Source: an uncultured Dictyoglomota bacterium (GTDB lineage: Bacteria > Dictyoglomota > Dictyoglomia > Dictyoglomales > Dictyoglomaceae). From it: a stretch of 17,359 nt of DNA. Location: contig CAZZIO010000008.1 of NCBI GenBank assembly GCA_964654465.1, positions 1-17,359 of the forward strand, written 5' to 3'. Position 1 is the first letter of the stretch. Every line of letters begins with the position of its first letter. This document shows, one piece after another, positions 15,454 through 17,359 of the stretch. Under the pieces are notes generated by a model. It did not search any database, was not told the origin of the DNA, and saw only the letters and a program-made list of their open reading frames with translations. The translations under genes were made by a program, and so were the position numbers.

Positions 15454-16422
15454 CTATACTAAGAAATTTCTTATATCTTTCAAGGTAAATATTACTTCGC
15501 CTACTTCTCTTACCCGAATCTTTATCTTTGGATTTTCTTCTATTGCTTCTATCTCAAAATTGACCCTTTCTCCTATATTCCATACAAAAGGTATTTCTTT
15601 ATTTATCTTTATATTTCCACCTTCTATACTTAGTTCCTCTATATGTAGGGGAATAATATAGTTAACTGCTTCAAAACTTATTAATTTGTTTCCTTTTTTA
15701 ACAGTATCCTTATCAATCATTTGAAGAAAATAGGATAAATATGGACTGTTAAATACCATTTCTTTCCCTCCTTTAATACCTTCTAAAATTCTGTCAGGAA
15801 AATCTGTTATGATAGCGAAGGTGTCTCGTTTTTTAAAATATTTTGCTTTTTCTTCATCATTTACAGTCCAAGGTATGGTAACCTTAAAGTAATTCCTGTA
15901 ATCATCTGTTACATAGTTATAATTTGGTTTTAAAAAATCTGCAATTTGGAAATACTTTTCTAATTCTTCAGGTCTTGGTTCATGGACATAAAGAAGTCCT
16001 ATTTTTGCACTTTCTTGAAGCTTTAAAGCATAAAGTCCCTTGTGCCAAAAAGAAGATATCACATAATTTTCTAAGGAAAAATTCTTAACCATTTTGTATG
16101 TATCTATAAAATCCTCAGGGTTTTTTACTTCTATATCTACAAATTTATTTTTACTTTTAACAAAATCTAAGACCTCTGATAGGGTTGGTATCTTTTCTCC
16201 TTGAATATTTATCCTTTTTATATTTTCAAAGCTTGTTCTTCTTATGTTTAGATCTATTCCTGTAAGTCTTTTAAGATTTTCGTCATGAGAGATTACAAGA
16301 ATTCCATCTTCTGTTTTTTGTACATCAAGTTCTATACCGTCTGCTATTTTTAATGCTTCCTCAAAAGCCCTCATAGTATTTTCTGGATAATATGCACAGC
16401 CCCTATGTCCTAAAATTAACAT
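15454..16422 (-). CDS. Glycerophosphodiester phosphodiesterase (GDPD/UgpQ-like) with an extra ~100-aa C-terminal domain
   Basis: ILGHRG, PENT..AF, GIELDVQ.T.DG.LVISHD..L.R, IPTL.EVL, IEVK, ISSF, WTVND and IITDFPD motifs. The GDPD fold ends at about residue 215. Confidence 0.88.
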   Translation of the reverse strand: MLILGHRGCAYYPENTMRAFEEALKIADGIELDVQKTEDGILVISHDENLKRLTGIDLNIRRTSFENIKRINIQGEKIPTLSEVLDFVKSKNKFVDIEVKNPEDFIDTYKMVKNFSLENYVISSFWHKGLYALKLQESAKIGLLYVHEPRPEELEKYFQIADFLKPNYNYVTDDYRNYFKVTIPWTVNDEEKAKYFKKRDTFAIITDFPDRILEGIKGGKEMVFNSPYLSYFLQMIDKDTVKKGNKLISFEAVNYIIPLHIEELSIEGGNIKINKEIPFVWNIGERVNFEIEAIEENPKIKIRVREVGEVIFTLKDIRNFLV

Positions 16423-17359
16423 CTGCTTTTTTCTCCTTTACTTCTAAAATCGAGATTAGGGCAAGTATGGCAAAAAAGGCAGAAAAAGGAAATATGATAA
16501 ATCGCGTTTTAAATATATCGGCTAAAAAGCCAGCTAATGGGGGAGAAATAATACTGGCAAGTTGGGAAGAAAAATAATAAAAACCGGTATAGGTACCTTG
16601 AAATTGTAAAGAAGCAAAATCTAAAACCATAGGTAGAGAGTTTATATTTATTAATGCCCAAGATATTCCTCCAATTATAAAGAGATATCTTATTATATTT
16701 ATGTTTTTCAAAATAATAAGTCCCATTAAGGTTACAATCATGCCCAATATCCCCAAAAGAATAGCCTTTTTTCTACCAATCTTTTTGCCAATGAAACCTG
16801 ATGGAATAGAAAATATCATAAAGGATAAGGATAAAATTCCCAAATTTGTTTTGGCAAGGGTTTCTCCTACAGATGGGTCAAGACCAGATTCTAATGCCAT
16901 ATACACAGAATAGAAGGTTTCTATTGCATTAAAACTTATGAACCAGAATAAAATAGCTATTAGTAAAAATATAAGATTTTTATCCCTTATATTTAGAAGG
17001 TTTTTAAAGGATTCATTCCAGGAGACCTTTTCTGAAGATTTTAAAACTATGGAATCTTTATGCTCTTTTACAAAGATAAGTAAGATTAAAACAGCTATAA
17101 TCTGTATAATTCCAACGATAAGGAAGCCTAAGGGGCGATTTTCAGCGGATATTCTTCCAACAAAAAAATAAGCGATAAGAGCTCCTAATCCCCCCATAAA
17201 ATTTATAATCCCATTGGCAGGAGATCTTTCCTCAGGAGGTACCAGATCAGGCATTAAAGATATTACAGGACCTCTTCCTATTCCTTGTGCAATATTCATT
17301 AAGAAAATTACAAGAATGGTCAGAAGCAAGGAAGCAGTATTTATTCCCCATACAAGAGG
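16403..17359 (-). CDS. MFS transporter (GPH/SLC45-like sugar porter), 5'-truncated by the window edge
   Basis: Multiple TM helices, R.P..SLMPD..P...RS.ANG.IN.MGG motif and G.IG.KIGRK loop. The frame stays open from the track's TTG (17329) to 17359 (PLVWGINTAS), so the true start lies outside the window. Overlaps GDPD by 20 nt. Confidence 0.85.
   Translation of the reverse strand, partial: PLVWGINTASLLLTILVIFLMNIAQGIGRGPVISLMPDLVPPEERSPANGIINFMGGLGALIAYFFVGRISAENRPLGFLIVGIIQIIAVLILLIFVKEHKDSIVLKSSEKVSWNESFKNLLNIRDKNLIFLLIAILFWFISFNAIETFYSVYMALESGLDPSVGETLAKTNLGILSLSFMIFSIPSGFIGKKIGRKKAILLGILGMIVTLMGLIILKNINIIRYLFIIGGISWALININSLPMVLDFASLQFQGTYTGFYYFSSQLASIISPPLAGFLADIFKTRFIIFPFSAFFAILALISILEVKEKKADVNFRT

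Noticed and set aside
856-17171. Short overlapping ORFs in the track (e.g. 856-1128, 1812-2015, 2162-2380, 3300-3506, 4244-4972, 5513-5704, 6788-7177, 7417-7647, 8411-8635, 9525-10916, 11417-11839, 15077-15388, 16392-17171)
   Set aside because: They are antisense or off-frame shadows of well-supported genes, with no recognisable motifs.

Overview
AT-rich, gene-dense chromosomal window from a thermophilic anaerobe. Several proteins are Thermotoga-like and both solute-binding proteins lack lipoboxes, which fits a Dictyoglomus-like diderm (taxon is inference). Left to right: (i) minus-strand beta-glucoside/cello-oligosaccharide Opp-family ABC operon (Thermotoga bglEFGKL-like), followed by the 5' end of a GH3 beta-glucosidase missing from the ORF track; (ii) a 486-aa protein whose C-terminal half carries class II aldolase/adducin motifs; (iii) NADP-isocitrate dehydrogenase; (iv) a minus-strand run of ferritin-like gene, perfect parS, parA, parB, PAS-GGDEF-HD-GYP and HAD phosphatase; (v) a stand-alone pstS with Pho-box-like repeats; (vi) sfsA-ogg; (vii) GDPD and a truncated MFS transporter. 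No rRNA, tRNA, CRISPR or mobile element was seen. The most striking unexplained signal is a 20-bp inverted repeat bracketing the sugar-binding-protein gene (4104-4123 / 6013-6032). Its only mismatch is a G-U wobble on the mRNA strand, suggesting the 5' and 3' ends of this ~2-kb mRNA pair into a panhandle. All family assignments are from motif recognition, not database searches.
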